Under the pieces are notes generated by a model. It saw only the letters and a list, made by a program, of their open reading frames with translations. It made no database searches and was not told the DNA's origin. From the human T2T-CHM13v2.0 reference genome, Homo sapiens, in NCBI RefSeq assembly GCF_009914755.1, contig NC_060927.1: 64,000 bases of DNA; one strand, given 5' to 3'. The first letter of the stretch is position 1; the number at the start of each line of letters is the position of its first letter. Of the stretch, positions 13,285 through 30,133 are shown piece after piece. The translations under genes and the position numbers were made by a program.

Positions 13285-13299
13285 GAACCACTTATATAT

Positions 13300-15050
13300 A
13301 TATATTTTTAGCTGATTAAAAATTACCTTCCATATCTTAAATCCCATGGTTGTATTGCTACTTTTTTACTTTCCTCTTTTAGACTCTATCTATTGAATCC
13401 CACTATGGAAGATGAGAATTTAACTCTTGCCTTATCCCATCCCTACCATGCACTCACTTCCCATCCTCCCAGGATAATTTATCTTTTTTTTTTTTTGAGA
13501 CGGAGTCTCGTACTGTTGCACGAGCTGGAGTGCAGGGGCGCAATCTCGGTTCACTGCAACCTCCACCTCCAGGGTTCAAGCAATTCTCCTGCCTCAGCCT
13601 CCTGAGTAGCTGAGATTACAGGCACCTGCCACCACACCCAGCTAATTTGTTGTTGTTGTTGTATTTTTTAGTAGAGACGGGTTTCACCATGTTGGCCAGG
13701 TGGTCTCAAACTCCTGACCTCGTAATTCGCCCGCCTCAGCTTCCCAAAGTGCTGGGATTACAGGCGTGAGTCACCAAGCCAGGCCCCCCAGTTTATCTTT
13801 TTAATTAAATCAATATCCAGTGTTTACATTATTATGACTCTATATACTAGTGAGAGATCAGCCATGTATAAAACTCTAATTACTTTTTTTTCTGCGTAAT
13901 TTTTTGGGTTTTTTTCTCAAGTTAATAATTGTTTTGTTTGTTAGATTATTTTTTCAATTTGCTTTGATGTTCTGTGTATTTAGTTCTGATTCAACCAATT
14001 GTCTAAATCAGTGCTTCTCAGACTATCTGTGATAAAGAACTAGTTTTTAAAATTGCTACTTTGTTACAGGCAGATACTTTTATAAAATACAATAAAAATA
14101 TACTTCTAGAACAAACTGTTCACAGCACCAGTTGTCTGGCCACACTTGGTGTAGCACTGTTCAAGTCTTCTTTCAATGCATCTAAACACACTGGGTGTTC
14201 TCTCGGTTTTGGCTTTTTGAGGAAGCCTCTCTGGAGCCTTTTGATGTGACAATATGGATTGGTTGCCTTCAATAAACCAAGTGCATGTCTGTTTCATGGG
14301 TCAGATTCTCCTTTTCCTTCAGCCTTGGGCTTCTCTTTGCTTTCTTATTCTGGTTCCTCGATCCTGTGCCTTCCTCATTCACAAGTTAACCCTTCTTATG
14401 CATGGGCACATCCTCCAGTGGCTTCCTAGAAAAGTGTATGTGGAAAATAAATGTTTTGAATGTCAAAAAAAGAAAATATTTTTATTTTACTCTCTTGTCT
14501 GCTTATTTGCCTGAATATAGAATTCTTGGTTGGAACTAACTTTTCTTCAGAATGTTTGATTGTCTTCTGGCTTCCAGTGTTGCTGTTGAGAAGTCTAAGA
14601 CCATTCTGGTTCCAGAACTTATCTTTATTTTTGGAATCTTACAAGGTTTTTCCATGAACATTGGTATTCTATATTTCACATCATGTAGATTTCTTTTTCA
14701 TCCTTTATTCTGGGAACTTTTAATTCTCAGAAATGTTCTTAAATAATTTTCTTCATTCTCAGTCTTTCATGTTCTCTTCCTGGAAGTACTATTGTTTATA
14801 AGTTGACCTGCTGGATTGGTCTCTTATGTAAGGGTCCTCTGAGTCAATGGATTTGGTTCTCTGCTTTCCCCTCTGCTGACTTAGAAATTAGCATTTTCCA
14901 GGCTAAGTCATCTGTCCTTGTAGCTACCAAAATTATGCATGATTGCCTCCTCTCCCACCCTAGTGGATTTACGCCTTTTTATAGTAATTTTAGTGGAGTT
15001 TCAGGAGGGAACAAAATTAGATGTCAGTCTGCCGTCGTCCCCCAGTACCT
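13300..15050 (-). mobile_element. Highly diverged L1M fragments
   Basis: T-rich sequence with old L1 antisense motifs (tatagaattcttggttgg; cttctggcttccagtgttgctgttgagaagtct). Confidence 0.55.
13484..13785 (-). mobile_element. Alu (AluSc/Sg-like)
   Basis: Full reverse Alu dimer with the short ctgacctcgt form. TSD-like tttatcttttt on both sides. Confidence 0.93.
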
Positions 15051-15119
15051 GGTGTCTGCTTCCTATTGTTCTCAGATTGCCAACTGTACATTCCCTTCAA
15101 CCAGGTAACATAATAGTTG

Positions 15120-15320
15120 AGGTTGTAGCTGTTGGATTCCAGCCCCACTGATGTCCCTTGCCAGCTGTTTGACCTTGGACAAATTACTTCACCTCTCAGA
15201 AATTCAGTTTGTTCATCTCTCTGATGGGGAGAATAATAATACCTACCCCATGTGATTGTTGTGAGCACTAAAGGATCGTGTAGTGAATACACCATCGCTG
15301 TTCCATATGTGGTAGCTATT
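15120..15320 (+). mobile_element. MIR
   Basis: gaccttggacaaattacttcacctctcag...cagttt...ataataatacctacc. Confidence 0.75.
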
Positions 15321-16107
15321 ATTGCCACTCCTGCGGGAGGCTTGACCTTTCCTCCTCTTCTCTATCAAAAATAGTCTATGGACTAGAAAATTGCATTGCC
15401 ATGCAAGTTAGACTGAAGTAAGACTCCCCAGGAGCTCTCCTAAGGTGTAATGGATAAACATTATTGCATAGACTTTATGGCATCTATTAATAGTTTGGCT
15501 GCCCAGAAACTTAGATTTTAGTTTTAGCTATTCTCCCCAGAATGGTCAAGATACTCTCTCCAAAATGCTGATCTTGTCAGTGAATGTCCTGAGTCTTCAT
15601 GATGAAGGCCAAGTCCCTAGCAAGGTGTCAAGGCATCTTCCTGTATCTCTGGCCTTGTGCGCCACCCACTGTGGCCCACAGGACTTGAGGTCCTGCTTAT
15701 ATCCTTCTCTCTCAAGTTTTCCTCTGCCAGCCCTGCAGAGTGCAGAGCCAAGCCTGCTCTTCCCTCAAGATTCAGTGTAGCTTTCACCCAATTCTGGAAG
15801 CCTTTTTTGGCCTTTCCCTACCTCCGCTTCTGTCTCTCAGTTCACACGCTGGGTTAGTGCATCTTCTGAGACTCATTACCTTCTGTGTGTACACCCCTCT
15901 GTCACAGTGCTTGTGACTATTGTAGGTGTTTACTTATCTTTCCCACCCACAAAACTGTAATTGCTCTGTAGCTAGTGGATGTGACCTTCTTATTGTTTTA
16001 TTCTTAGAACCCAGTATGGTGCCTGCTACATCTTAAGTGTTTATAATTTTTGAAGTGAAATATTATTTACTGAATGAATGTATGAATGAAAAGGCCTCAC
16101 ATATTAG

Positions 16108-16529
<422 letters not shown>

Positions 16530-16735
16530 CAAAATGTTGTATTTTTTATAGAACTTCAGTGTTCAATGCCTGCCAGAATAACAATATTTACTTGGCATTG
16601 TACTTAAAAGCCTATTTGGGTAGGGACATTACGATCGAGGTGCTGGAAATGCTCCAGTCCTCTTCTTCATGCTTACCAGCTGCCTGGTGCATCTAGCATG
16701 AGAGCGATCACCATGTAATAATGCCCTAAGCAGAC

Positions 16736-17132
16736 TAATATGGTTTGGGTCTGTGTCCCCCACCAAATCTCATGTCGAATTGTAATCCCCAGTGTTGGAG
16801 CATGGTCCTCGTAGGAGGCGATTAGATCGTGGGGCCGGATTTCCAGCTTGGTACTGTTCTGGTGATAGTGAGTGGGTTTTCGTGACTTCTGGTCATTTAA
16901 AAGCGTGTGGCACCTCCCCTTTCTCTCTCTTGGGCCTGCGCCTGCCATGTAAGATGCCTGCTCCCACTTTGCCTTCCACCATGAGTCAAAGCTCCCTGAG
17001 GCCTCCCCAGAAGTAGGTGCTGCCATGCTTCCTGTATAGCCTGCAGAACCATGAGCCAAACACACCTCTTTTTAAGATAACTTACCCAGTCTCAAGTATT
17101 TCTTTATAGCAATGTAAGAATGAACTAATACA
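16736..17132 (+). mobile_element. MSTA/MSTB MaLR solo LTR
   Basis: taatatggtttgggtctgtgtccccaccaaatctcatg...gaactaataca. Perfect TSD CAGAC at 16731-16735 and 17133-17137. Confidence 0.93.
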
Positions 17133-17915
17133 CAGACACAGGCGGCAGCTCTGTAACTTTTCTAAGAAGCCCAGCAATAACATTTCAGTCACTTTTGTGG
17201 GTGCTCATTGCCCTTCCTAAAATACAAACACTCTGCATGCTGTTTCCAGCCAAATTAAGACAGGGCAAGCTTTACATGTCTAATGAAGGAACAGCTCAGA
17301 AGATTAGGAACAAAGCATTTCGGTCACACGAACATACGTTTCAGACATGTGAGGGCAGGGACTCCCGTTCATCCACCAATAGGTTCTATCAGCTTCAGCT
17401 TTTATCCTAGTTGCTCCTGAAGGAATCTGGATTAACATAATGAGGGTGCTCATGAACCAGCTCATTATCATTTTAAAAAACTTCAGGGCCAAATAAAACA
17501 CCAGACTTTATTTTCAAGCTGTACTACCGACAGACTTTTATTTAATGAACTATTTTCTGCTTACAGATGGAGGTGGAAGTTGTATTCACAAGCTCTAAAT
17601 GTCAGCCTTCATCTTTAGACCTAGTGGAAAGCAAAGAAGACAAAACGTGATGCAATGAACCTTGTTATGGTACCCAAAATATGGGGATCTAGCTTCTGTT
17701 AGCATGCCTGCATCCCTGTCTTGGCCCCACTGATGAGGAGCAGGCAAGATAGGGATTCTGAGTATGAAGGAAGTTACTGAAGCAATTAACAATCAGAGTG
17801 TCTGATTAGTGCTATAATTTCAAATGTAAACAACAACAAAAAACCTTTTAGATTTCAGGTGAGAATTGCACTCTTCAAAGATGGTTCCTCTCTGTGGCTG
17901 TAGTTAGTGTAGTGA

Positions 17916-18284
<369 letters not shown>

Positions 18285-18344
18285 CCAAGTATATTTTTCA
18301 TCTCTCAATATGCATTCATGTTTTACCAAAAGAAAGTGAAGACT

Positions 18345-18706
<362 letters not shown>

Positions 18707-19544
18707 TCAAAAGACACTGACAAAGCAAGATCAAAATTACAAAATTGACTTTGAGGAACAAGTGAATGGTGTTAAGCAGCCTTATCATTATTAAATGGAA
18801 TAAAAAACTATTATATGCATATGAGCCCAAAGCAAAATCGATCAGAAGAGTTAATCACCCTCATCAAGTCACATTTCTTGAAGTGCCCTCTGGGTGCAAT
18901 TTATCACTGCTTTTGGATGCTGGCCGTTCATCTCTTCAAGGGCAACAGACTCAGAATAGGAAGCTGCTCTGGACCTTGGTTGGGACTGGAGGGAGAGAAG
19001 GAAAGAGAAGAGGGATCCTTGGATCCATGGATTCCACTTACTGCGTTTATGTTGCTCAAGATATCAGTGGCTCCACTGACTCCAACCAACTTGGACCCAC
19101 AAGATATATTAAAAAGTAATTTCTGTATTGAAGGGCTTTTATTCTTATCTGGGAGATGTAGCATGTCCTTGTGTTCCAGGCAAATTGAATTTAATTGTTT
19201 AGTGCTTTGAGCCATGTGCATTCAGGGAGCTTTATTGGATAACCTGTTTATTGATTTATAGTCCCTTGGCCGTAGAAGAGGCACAAGGGAGAGCTAATGA
19301 TGGTCTGAGTGTGTGTCTTCCACTCATCAAGCCCTGGGCAGAGACCGGTGGGCTATGGGTCTCCTCTCCCAGAGGCCTCTAAAGTCCCCAGACTTGTCCT
19401 GATGTGGCTTTGCTTTTGCTCATCACCTGGGAATTGGACCCAAGGAGGCATTACGTTTTACACATCAAAAATACAGGCATCTCCTTCTGTTTCCTAAAAC
19501 TGAGGAAAGTAGTTACTATTGATCCATTGCCCATTCTGGCCAGG

Positions 19545-19735
19545 CATGTGCTAGTAGTGATTTTGCCCATTTGAACTCAAATCTTCACATTCTCATGGCA
19601 GATTTTATTATTTCCATTTTACATATGAGGAAACAAAAACTCAGAGAGGTGAAGTGACTTGCCCGCCACTATTTAAATGATATAGCCAGGGTTTAAACCC
19701 AGGTCTGTCTGATTCATTCTCTTTTTGCTCTGAAT
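19545..19735 (-). mobile_element. MIR
   Basis: ccattttacatatgaggaaacaaaaactcagagaggtgaagtgacttgccc. Confidence 0.8.
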
Positions 19736-19747
19736 CAACAAGAGACT

Positions 19748-19748
<1 letters not shown>

Positions 19749-19781
<33 letters not shown>

Positions 19782-19820
19782 TGTGTTTGTGTGTGAGAAA
19801 GACAGAGAGAGAAAGAGAGA
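19749..19820. repeat. (TG)n / (GA)n microsatellite
   Basis: Directly visible. Confidence 0.95.
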
Positions 19821-19879
19821 GGTCTGTATTTATATCTGCATGAAATTGGGACCATACTTTATATATGGAGAAAGTCTGG

Positions 19880-20438
19880 GTTCCATAAAAGTTAAACAGA
19901 ATTACCATATGATGCACCAATTTCTCTCCTAGGTATATACCCCAAAGAATTCAAAACAGGGACTCAGATACTTGTACACCAATGTTCACTGCAGCATTAT
20001 TCACAGTGGCCAAAGGTGGAAACAACTCAAGCGTCTATCAACTGATGAATGGATAAACAAAGTGTGACATATATATGCAATGGAATATTATAGCCATAAA
20101 AAAGAAGTTCTGATTATGCTACCACATGGATGAACTTTGCAAACATTATGCTCAGTGAAACAATCCAGACACAAAAAGACAAATACTGCATGATTTCACT
20201 TATATGAGGTACCTAGAACAGGCATATTCATAGAGATACAAACTAGAATAGAGGTTACCAGGGGTTGGGGGAGGGGAAATGGGGAAGTTTCTGTCTTGGA
20301 TGATGAAAAACTTTTGGGTATAGATAGTGGTAATGGTTACACAGTGTTGTGAAGGCCAATGCCACTAGATTGTACACTTAAAAATGGTTGAAACGGTGAG
20401 CTTTGTGTTGTATATATTTTACCACAATTTATTTAAAA
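19880..20438 (+). mobile_element. L1MA/L1MB 3' end fragment
   Basis: gaattaccatatgat...gcagcattattcacagtggccaaaggtggaaacaac...tgatgaatggataaacaaa...ttttaccacaattt. Confidence 0.88.
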
Positions 20439-22056
20439 GCCTGGCATGATGCAAAGAGTCAAACACACCTGGATGTGACTCCTACCACCTGTATAAATTG
20501 GGCAAGTAACTTAGCATCTCTTAATCTGTTTTCTCGTTTTAAAAATGGAGATGATGATGCCTAGTTCACTAAGTTGCTGTAGGGCACAAATTGTCTAGCC
20601 AGTACTGAGCACAAAATATAAGCACTCACTATATGGTGCTGGTGGTGGAGACATTAGTAGTGGTAGTAAGTTATTATTCTTGTTAGTTTGAAAGCCCACA
20701 CCAGGAAGGTTTAAACACACAGAGAGTATGACTCCTCACACACATTGACGACTGCTTAAACAATAACTGAGATTTTGCTCTTGTTTTGGAAGAATTTTTT
20801 TCAACGGAATGCCATTGAGGAACCAGGTGTTTGAAAAACGTGGCTGTGTTAAGTTAAATGAGCCTTTTTTGGACTCCAGATGGGAGCATAAAGCTGTTTG
20901 AAACCCCAACGGTCTTTTCTTGTTGATTTTCACATGACTGAAAAATGATTTGAGCACATTACAGAGGAGCAGTGATGTGTTCTTGCTGCCAGTTCATGGT
21001 TCCTATTTGGGAAAAGAAGAGATATTAGAGCAAAAACTCATAAGCCTTGAAAATAGGAGGCTTGTAATAGAAGCCTCTTTAGAGGCCTTTAATTATGGCA
21101 TTGCTGAGGTGACATGCTAATTACAGGGCTCTCAGACAATTCCCTTCAGCTGAGTAGAGTCATCCATTGCCTCGTGTATCAGGAAGTGGAGTTCTGTGTT
21201 AAAAGAATTGGAAGATATCTACCAAGTTTCAAGAGACCCACAGAAGACATTTAAATACATGTAGTAGACTGTTTGATTTCTGTGCTCCGTGGAGCAGATG
21301 ATCAACTCTCCCACCCGATGTATATTGAATCTGCTTTCAACACACGTGAATATTTTCTCAAATAAGCTATGCCAAATTCTTACGGGCTTTGGCTGCAGCC
21401 CCCTAATAAAGCACAGCTGTAGACCTGGAAACTTGTCCTTTGAACATTTGGAAGCATCGCTGCAGGCTACTTCCTTTGCTTGAGACACATCTGGCCACTG
21501 AAAAATAATGCGAGTTTGTATTTAACCCTCGGGTCTTTAAAGAAACTATTTGGTGGAGCTTAGCTTTAATTTATTTAGTGGTTCCCCCATGAACTGCAAG
21601 AGCGAACACGCCTCTAAAAGTAAGCCTTAGCCCTTCCTGTCACCTGTGTGTCATGGGAAAGTACTGCCTTGAATAGTGGCTAAATTTTCCTTTTCTTAAT
21701 TTCCTGTGGAACTGGAAGTAAATGGGTTTTCAGGTGGCACTTAGTGTCTCACACATATCACATGCATCATACTTGCTGAAATTAATTAGATGCTTTGTAT
21801 GAGAAAGCAGACTAATCATGAGAGTACAACCATTCACAGATAATTGTTGTTATATTTTGGCATAGAACTCTTCAGACTTATTTCAATGCGTGAATATCAA
21901 TTTTCTTTTTTTTTTGTAAAAATGGGATCATATGGTATATAGTTTTAAAACTTGCCTTTATCAAATACCAATATATTGTGAACATCATTCCATATAATAT
22001 GTTAAATGGCTGCTTAGGACTTACCATCTGGATTCCAAATAATTTATAATATTTAA

Positions 22057-22915
<859 letters not shown>

Positions 22916-23129
22916 TAACTTTTAGATTGTTGACCTGATGACTCATCAGCTAGAATTAGGTTCAGCTTTATTCATAGAAAACTCCAAAGAATAGGCTTAA
23001 ACAAGATGAATATTTATTTCCCTTGAACATAAGATAGCCCAGAGGTGGGCAGTCTAGGGTTGCTATGGCAGCCATCAAGGACTGAGGATTCTTCTACCTT
23101 TTTGTTCTATCATTTTTCGGGATAGCTTC

Positions 23130-23573
23130 TGTTTTAGTTTACTTTGTCTTGCTGTAACAGTATATCTTAGGTTGGGTGGTTTATAAAGAAAAGAGGTTTA
23201 TTTCACTGGTGATTCTGGTGGCTGGCAGGTTCAAGTCTGGACAGGTGCATCTGGTGAGGTCCTCAAGCTGTTTCAACTCATGGCAGAAAGTGGAAGAGGA
23301 GTGGATGTGTGTAAACAGATCACATGGTGAGAAAGGAATCAAGAGAGAGAAACCAAGGAAGCCAGGCTCTTCATAACAACATACTCTCTTGAGAATGAAT
23401 TTATTCCCATGAGAGTGAGAACTTGCCCACCACTGAGGGAGGGCATTAATCTATTCACGATGGATCCACTCTCAAGACCCAGACATCTCCCACTACGCTG
23501 CACCTCCCAACACTGCCACATTGGGGATCAAATTTCAACATGAGTTTTGCCAGGGACTAAACAAATCATGGCA
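23130..23573 (-). mobile_element. MST-type (MSTB/C-like) MaLR LTR nested in an older MLT1 fragment (about 22950-23855)
   Basis: tgttttagttt...ttataaagaaaagaggtttattt...aaatttcaacatgagtttt...catggca. Perfect TSD GCTTC at 23125-23129 and 23574-23578. Confidence 0.85.
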
Positions 23574-24310
23574 GCTTCAATCCCCAGGGTCACTTCTTGG
23601 CTCAAAAAGAGCTGGACATCACATCCAAGTTCCAGATAATGCAGAGGAGAACGTAATAAAGGGTCCAAAGCGTTCCTCCCCAGCCAAATCAGCTGCTTTT
23701 AAGTAGCTTCCCTGGAAGTCCCATGCAACACTTCTGCTTACCTATAGTTGGCCAAACTCAGCTGCAAAGGAGGGTAAAAGGGATGTCAAAAGAGTTCTTT
23801 TGCTAAGGAAAAAAAAAAAAATGGCTATTGTGTAGCAACTAGTGGTTTCTGCCACACCAATCTTTCCCCTTATAATCAATGCTATCATGTATCTCTTCTA
23901 GCTAAATCTTTTTACACATTCATGATTATTTCCTTATCATTTATGCTGAGGCAGTAAATTGTGCCAGGTCAAGGGTGAGAACACCTAAAATATTATCTAT
24001 TTTTTTGCTATTGAAAAAGCAATGTATGCTTATTGAAAACAGTTCAAACATAGTAGACCTATAAACTTGAAAAATACATTTTGCCACTCTGAAATGTTGT
24101 GCCAATTCATGTTATTCAGTAGTGTACGAAGGTGTCAGTTATACTATATTCTTACCATTCCCTTTTGCTCTGTTGCCTTATTAACCAGTCTGATAAGTTA
24201 AAAAAATATTAATTTGTATTTCTTTGAATACTCACTAGTTGTCTGTTGAGGTCCTTTCCCATTTTTCTATTGGGGTACGTTTTAAAAATAATTTATATGT
24301 ATATATATAC

Positions 24311-24866
<556 letters not shown>

Positions 24867-25304
24867 TGTTCTAATATTTTTTCAAGTTCACACTTTCTTT
24901 TCTACAGTGTTTTTGTCATGCAAAAATTTTAAACTTTATGCACTCAAATCTGTCTTTTCCTTTCAAGGCTTTCCCTTTGGTGTAAATGCTAACACTTAAA
25001 AGAAAAATATATATATTTTTATTTTCTAGGTGAAAATTTAAAAGTTCTATGTTGCCTTTGGAATTAAAGTCTTAGTGTTGAGAGCCAGCCATAGTAAAAC
25101 AGGCAGTTTGTTGAAGAAGTAATCTCCCTTCTTTTCTCATAACACAAAGCTTTGTGCTGATTATCTGAGGGGATAAAATCAGCATGTTTCAACAATAAAA
25201 CAGGACAGGTGAGCATCATTTTCTGCAACAGGTTTCTGACAATTGGTATGGAAAGGAAGTATTTGTTTTTCTAGAATTCTATTTTCTTGTTATCCTTATT
25301 ATCT

Positions 25305-25447
25305 TTTTATTATTTTATTTATTTTTCGTAGAGATGAGGTCTTGCTGTGTTGACCAGGCTAGTCTCAAACTCCTGGCCTCAAGCAATCCTCCTGCCTTGG
25401 CCTCCCAAAGCATTGAAACTACAGATGTGAGATGCTGCACAAAGCCT
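25305..25447 (-). mobile_element. FLAM / Alu left monomer
   Basis: gtagagatgaggtcttgctgtgttgaccaggctagtctcaaactcctggcctcaagcaatcc. Confidence 0.85.
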
Positions 25448-27282
25448 AGAATCCTGTTTTCCTTTAATTTACATTATGTCTAACTTTAGGGAGATTTTTC
25501 ACAAACCAGACTCCAAAATATTTATTAATTCAAATCGAGCTTCCCTGTCTTTGTAGAGCAATGTGGAATCGTGAGACAAACATGAGTCTTGAGGTGAAAC
25601 AACCTGAGCTAAACCCTACCAACATGTATTACTTATGGGACTTTAGGTCACCTACATGACCTGGATGGGCCTCAGTTTGTCTTGTTGATTTGCAGGATTA
25701 AAGGAAATAATAACCATGAAAGCACCTAGCACCATAATTAGCTCATGGAGATGGAGGCAACCAGCAGATGTTTCTCCAATCTGCCCAGAAACAAGAGTTT
25801 AAGTGTATGGTGTCTGATAGTTTCTTTTGTGCTAAGAATCCCTTTACAATGCAAATAATCACCCCCTATTTTTTCTGTTTGGTAGTTACATGTTCAAATA
25901 TTAGGGTACTATATAGGACAGTGCCCCCTTGGCCATCTCTGCTCCTGCCCTTCAGCATGGAGGCCAGTGTTACACGTTCTAGAATACCCTCTCTCCACCC
26001 TCAAAATAAACTCCAAAACCTTTGATAGATTTTGTTTAAACTGAAATATTTCAGTTAATGTGAGGAGAGGGGGCATGGGGGAGCTTGGCTAATAGGTACT
26101 ACCTACACAGCCATATAGCTACAAGTCCTGGAGCCAGCAAGCAGCCCCACATCGTTCGATTCCTTCTCTTGCTTTTTAAGAACCTAGAATTTGTTCAGCT
26201 GTCTTAGACTGTATAGCATCTTAAGATCCTTGCAGAGGGAAGGGTGAGGAGTTTTCATTTATGCTTGTGCTGGACCTGGTGAAACTCAGGCCTGGAGAAA
26301 GAAAGAAAGGACTTGGGTAAAATAGTGCAGTCAGTGGTCGAGCTGAAACCAGGGTGGCTGCTCCAGGCTCCCCAGCCTGCCCTCCAAGTCCTTCAGAGCT
26401 GATGACCCGACATGGTTAGTCGCTCACAAGCTTGAGCATTAGAGGTCAAGATGATCATTAGTTGTGGCCTGGAGAAGAGCCATTTTATATCCAAGGGAAT
26501 AATATGCCAGCTGAATAGGAACATTAGCGATTTTCATTTGCTATGTGCTAATTTGTCTTGCAAAAGGTGATCTGACTTCTTTAAGCCTCAAGCTGGCAGA
26601 TTTCAGTCTGTGCTATTTCTGAGGTCTTGGCAGCAGAGCTCACTCTCCATCCCAGATCTCTGAGAACTCCAAAGAATCTGGTACAGGGTGTTCCTGTGAA
26701 TTAAGATTTTGACAAGCATCAACAGAATCTGGGTGATACCGAGTGGAACAGGAACACGTGGTGAGTGGCTCAGGCCCCAACATCCCCTTCGGCTTTCAAG
26801 CAGATGGGCTGTTCAATAGCCGTGGGACTCAGGAAAACCTTTCACAGGGCTCTTACTGAAGAGATGAGCATGGAGGGAGCATGGAAGTGAGACCTGCTAG
26901 GAGCAGGTGACTCACCACGTGCCAGCCATGTTCCCTCAGCTGTGGAGGATATTGTTTATAAACATCAATTACCAATTATTCATCTGGGCCTGGCAGGTTC
27001 CATGAGTTTACAAGCCACATAACTTTAATAATTTCATCTCTGGAATTCACTGATCTAGCGCTTTTGTTTACTCTCCAGTAAGTTCATATAATGCACGTTT
27101 GTGTGTCAAGTGGGTAGGTTGTGGCACATGCTGGGAAACAGAGATTTGACCCCAAAATTTATCAACAAATTTAGAATGAACAAAAATTATTTTGGCATTG
27201 GCAAAATTTGCACTGGCTTCTTTATCTTTTTGGAATGCCCAAGGAGTTTAGTTTGTTGAGTTCATCTTGACTCTAAGCCCTC

Positions 27283-27641
27283 TGCTATGGTTGGAATGTT
27301 GGTGTCTCCTCAAAATTTGTAACTTGAAACCTAATTTCCAGTGTGATGGTACTAACAGGTAGGGCCCTTGGGGTGACAAGGTTATGAAAGTAGAGCCCTC
27401 AGGAATAGGATTAGTGCTCGTCCAAAAGAGGCCTCAGAGATGCCTTGCCCCTTCCACCATGGGAAGACACAGCAACAAGGTGTCATCTATGATACAAACC
27501 AGAAAGTGGCCCCCTCACGAAATCTGCTGGTACCTTGATCTTGGACTTCCCAGTGTCTAGACCTGTGAGAAATAAATTTCTGTTGTTTATAAGCCAACCA
27601 GTCTATGACATTTGATATAGCAGCCCAGATGGACTAAGACT
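27283..27641 (+). mobile_element. MLT1A/MLT1A0 MaLR solo LTR
   Basis: tgctatggttggaatgttggtgtctcc...ttgatcttggacttcccag...gtgagaaataaatttctgttgtttataagcc...ggactaagac. Confidence 0.88.
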
Positions 27642-30087
27642 CTCTGTCCCTAGCCCCTCTAGCTTTGGGATATGGAAAGTAAACAGCTCTTAGAAACAGT
27701 CCAGAGTTCAACTTCACGCTGCATTTCAGAGAGGGGTCTCTGAAACACTCTCCCCTCAGTTAACGTTGATGGTTGTTAACTGAGAACTGGAAGTCCCGGG
27801 CTGGGCCTGTGGATAGGATTCTGACAATTCAGGGTGTGTCTGATGAGTTAGTGGTGGCAATGTCTGGCCTGTGTCTCTCTGCAGGAGGTAATTTACATGA
27901 GGAAGTGAGCCTTGCTCCAAGAGGAAGTTGTGCACCCAGGAAGACATGCAGACAGGGGGCAACAGGAAAATACCATGTCGTATGCTTCAACTGTGAGCCC
28001 TCACAGCAGGTCCTTGGAATTCATCTGAGTCCCTTGGAGAGGGCTACAAGCCCAAGCTGAACAGTAGTTTTCATCAGGACTGTGGCCTGTGGCAGCGCAG
28101 GCAGTGCCCCAGGGCCTAGAAGACTCAGGGCAGCAGAGCTGGACAGAGGAGTGCCTCAGAGAGCTGCACTGTTGCAGCAGAGACTCCAGGGAACCTAGCC
28201 CTGCCTTGCTACCCAGAAGAGTAGCTCCCTAGGAATGTCTGTAGCCAACGCCCCAGGTGTGGCCACAGCATTCCCATGGAGGTTGCCAGGGCTAGGGATG
28301 AGTCCCAGTCCTCACTGGACTTTGTAGAGAGGTGACATCAACTAGGGGCCTGAGTAAAAGAGCATCAGAGGGCTGTTTGTGATGCAAGTAAGCCACCCCA
28401 GCGTCCCTCAGCAGTGACTGGATAGGACTTTCAGTGGAACAAGAGCCAGTGAATTTGGGGTCCTATTAATATCACTTGCAGAGTGCCTGCGGAAGCGGGG
28501 GCTATTTGGAATTCTCTTCCTTTCTCAACTCAGGGAAGAGCAACCAATAAATGTGGGGGACAGTGGCAATGGTAGCAGTCTCTGGCTTTGAGTCTCAGCC
28601 ACTGTCATCTTTGGAATCCAATACCCTCAAGCTCTGCCCTTCCCTGCCCTTCCCTCCCCTTCCCGGGGCTCTTAAATTCTCTCCGAGTGTCACTAAAGTT
28701 TCCTGCCTGCCCTTCCAGGGCTGCTCTGTCTTTCTCACTGCAGTTCCCCTGCCTTCTACACTGTTTGATGTTGCTGTTAAGATTCCACCGTCTCCTTTTC
28801 CACTGGCACCAACTCCAATTTCTCACACTGATGTTGGTGCTTCTCTTATCATTGTAGATCTTGGTGCCCAACCCACCCTGCCAGGGTAGGGTGCCCTCTT
28901 CCCATCAGAGTTAAACTTTTCTTTGGTTCCTTAAAATATCTTTTGCTCCCTAATCTGCTTTCCGCCTTCCCACTTAAACAACTTAAGAACAAGTTACTGC
29001 CAAGGAGGGTTGCATGTGAACGGCTTTGCAAAGTGTGTCATGAAAAAGTTCTCTTTCCACTGACTATAAAAGAGGGTCCTCTCAAATTCCTCCAGCTATG
29101 GGACAATTTCCTAATGCATATCCCTCTGCTTGGTGTTCATTCTTCACATCCACTTAAACATTTCATTTCCTATCTTTAGCATCTCTCCTTCCAGACTGGA
29201 ATTCCACGAAACAATCTGACACTCCCTTTCAGAAGACTTTCCTTATGAAATATCTGGCAGTTACTTCTGTTTGTTTAAACTTGAAAAAAAAAATCAATGA
29301 TTTCAAATTGCAAATTCAGTTAAAATTTACTTTGCGATAATGTTGTAGGATAATACTGCCAGAGTTTGGAAGCAGAAAGCAAATGAAGCAGGAAAACAAG
29401 ATATTCGAGAGGATGGTAGAACAGGATCTCTGATTAGTGAAGCACGATTACACGGAATAAATACAATATTGATTCTTGTGTAAAAATCACCCGCAGATGA
29501 GGGGAAAAAAGATGATGCTTTGTCATCTTTCCTTTTCCTTTCTAGTTTTCAGGCTATTTTCAAGTTCTCTTGTATTCATTTCATTTGGTTTTTGTTTTTA
29601 ATACATTTCTGATTTAGAAGATTGATAGTTCTTTAAATGTCTTTCAACTCCTAGTATTTCCTTTTTAAAAACATGTTCCATCTGAACCCCGTAGTTCTAT
29701 GTCAGGTTTATTCTTTGGCCATTCCTCACTTACTACATGATGTTATTGGTATTTGTGTCCATATCTTCACTCCCCTGCTCAGTTGTGAATTTACTGGGAG
29801 TAGACACATACTTGCATATGCTTTATCAACAGTGAATTCCCCAGTGGCATGAGTAGGTGGAATTCTTATTTTAAGAATATGATTTTTAAAACAGAGTTTT
29901 AAAATAATTTTATAATAAGAATTTTCACACAGACTGCATGGTTTGATGATTCTGAGATGGAGAATACAGGCTCATCTATATCTTCAATAATTTGTAGGAG
30001 GAAAAGATGGATATTTTATCCATGAAATGGTTTTCTTAGTTCATTATATTTGTTTACTGTTCCTGGAGGCATATGTAAGATTTAAAG

Positions 30088-30129
<42 letters not shown>
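30088..30129. repeat. (CA)n microsatellite
   Basis: Directly visible. Confidence 0.97.
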
Positions 30130-30133
<4 letters not shown>

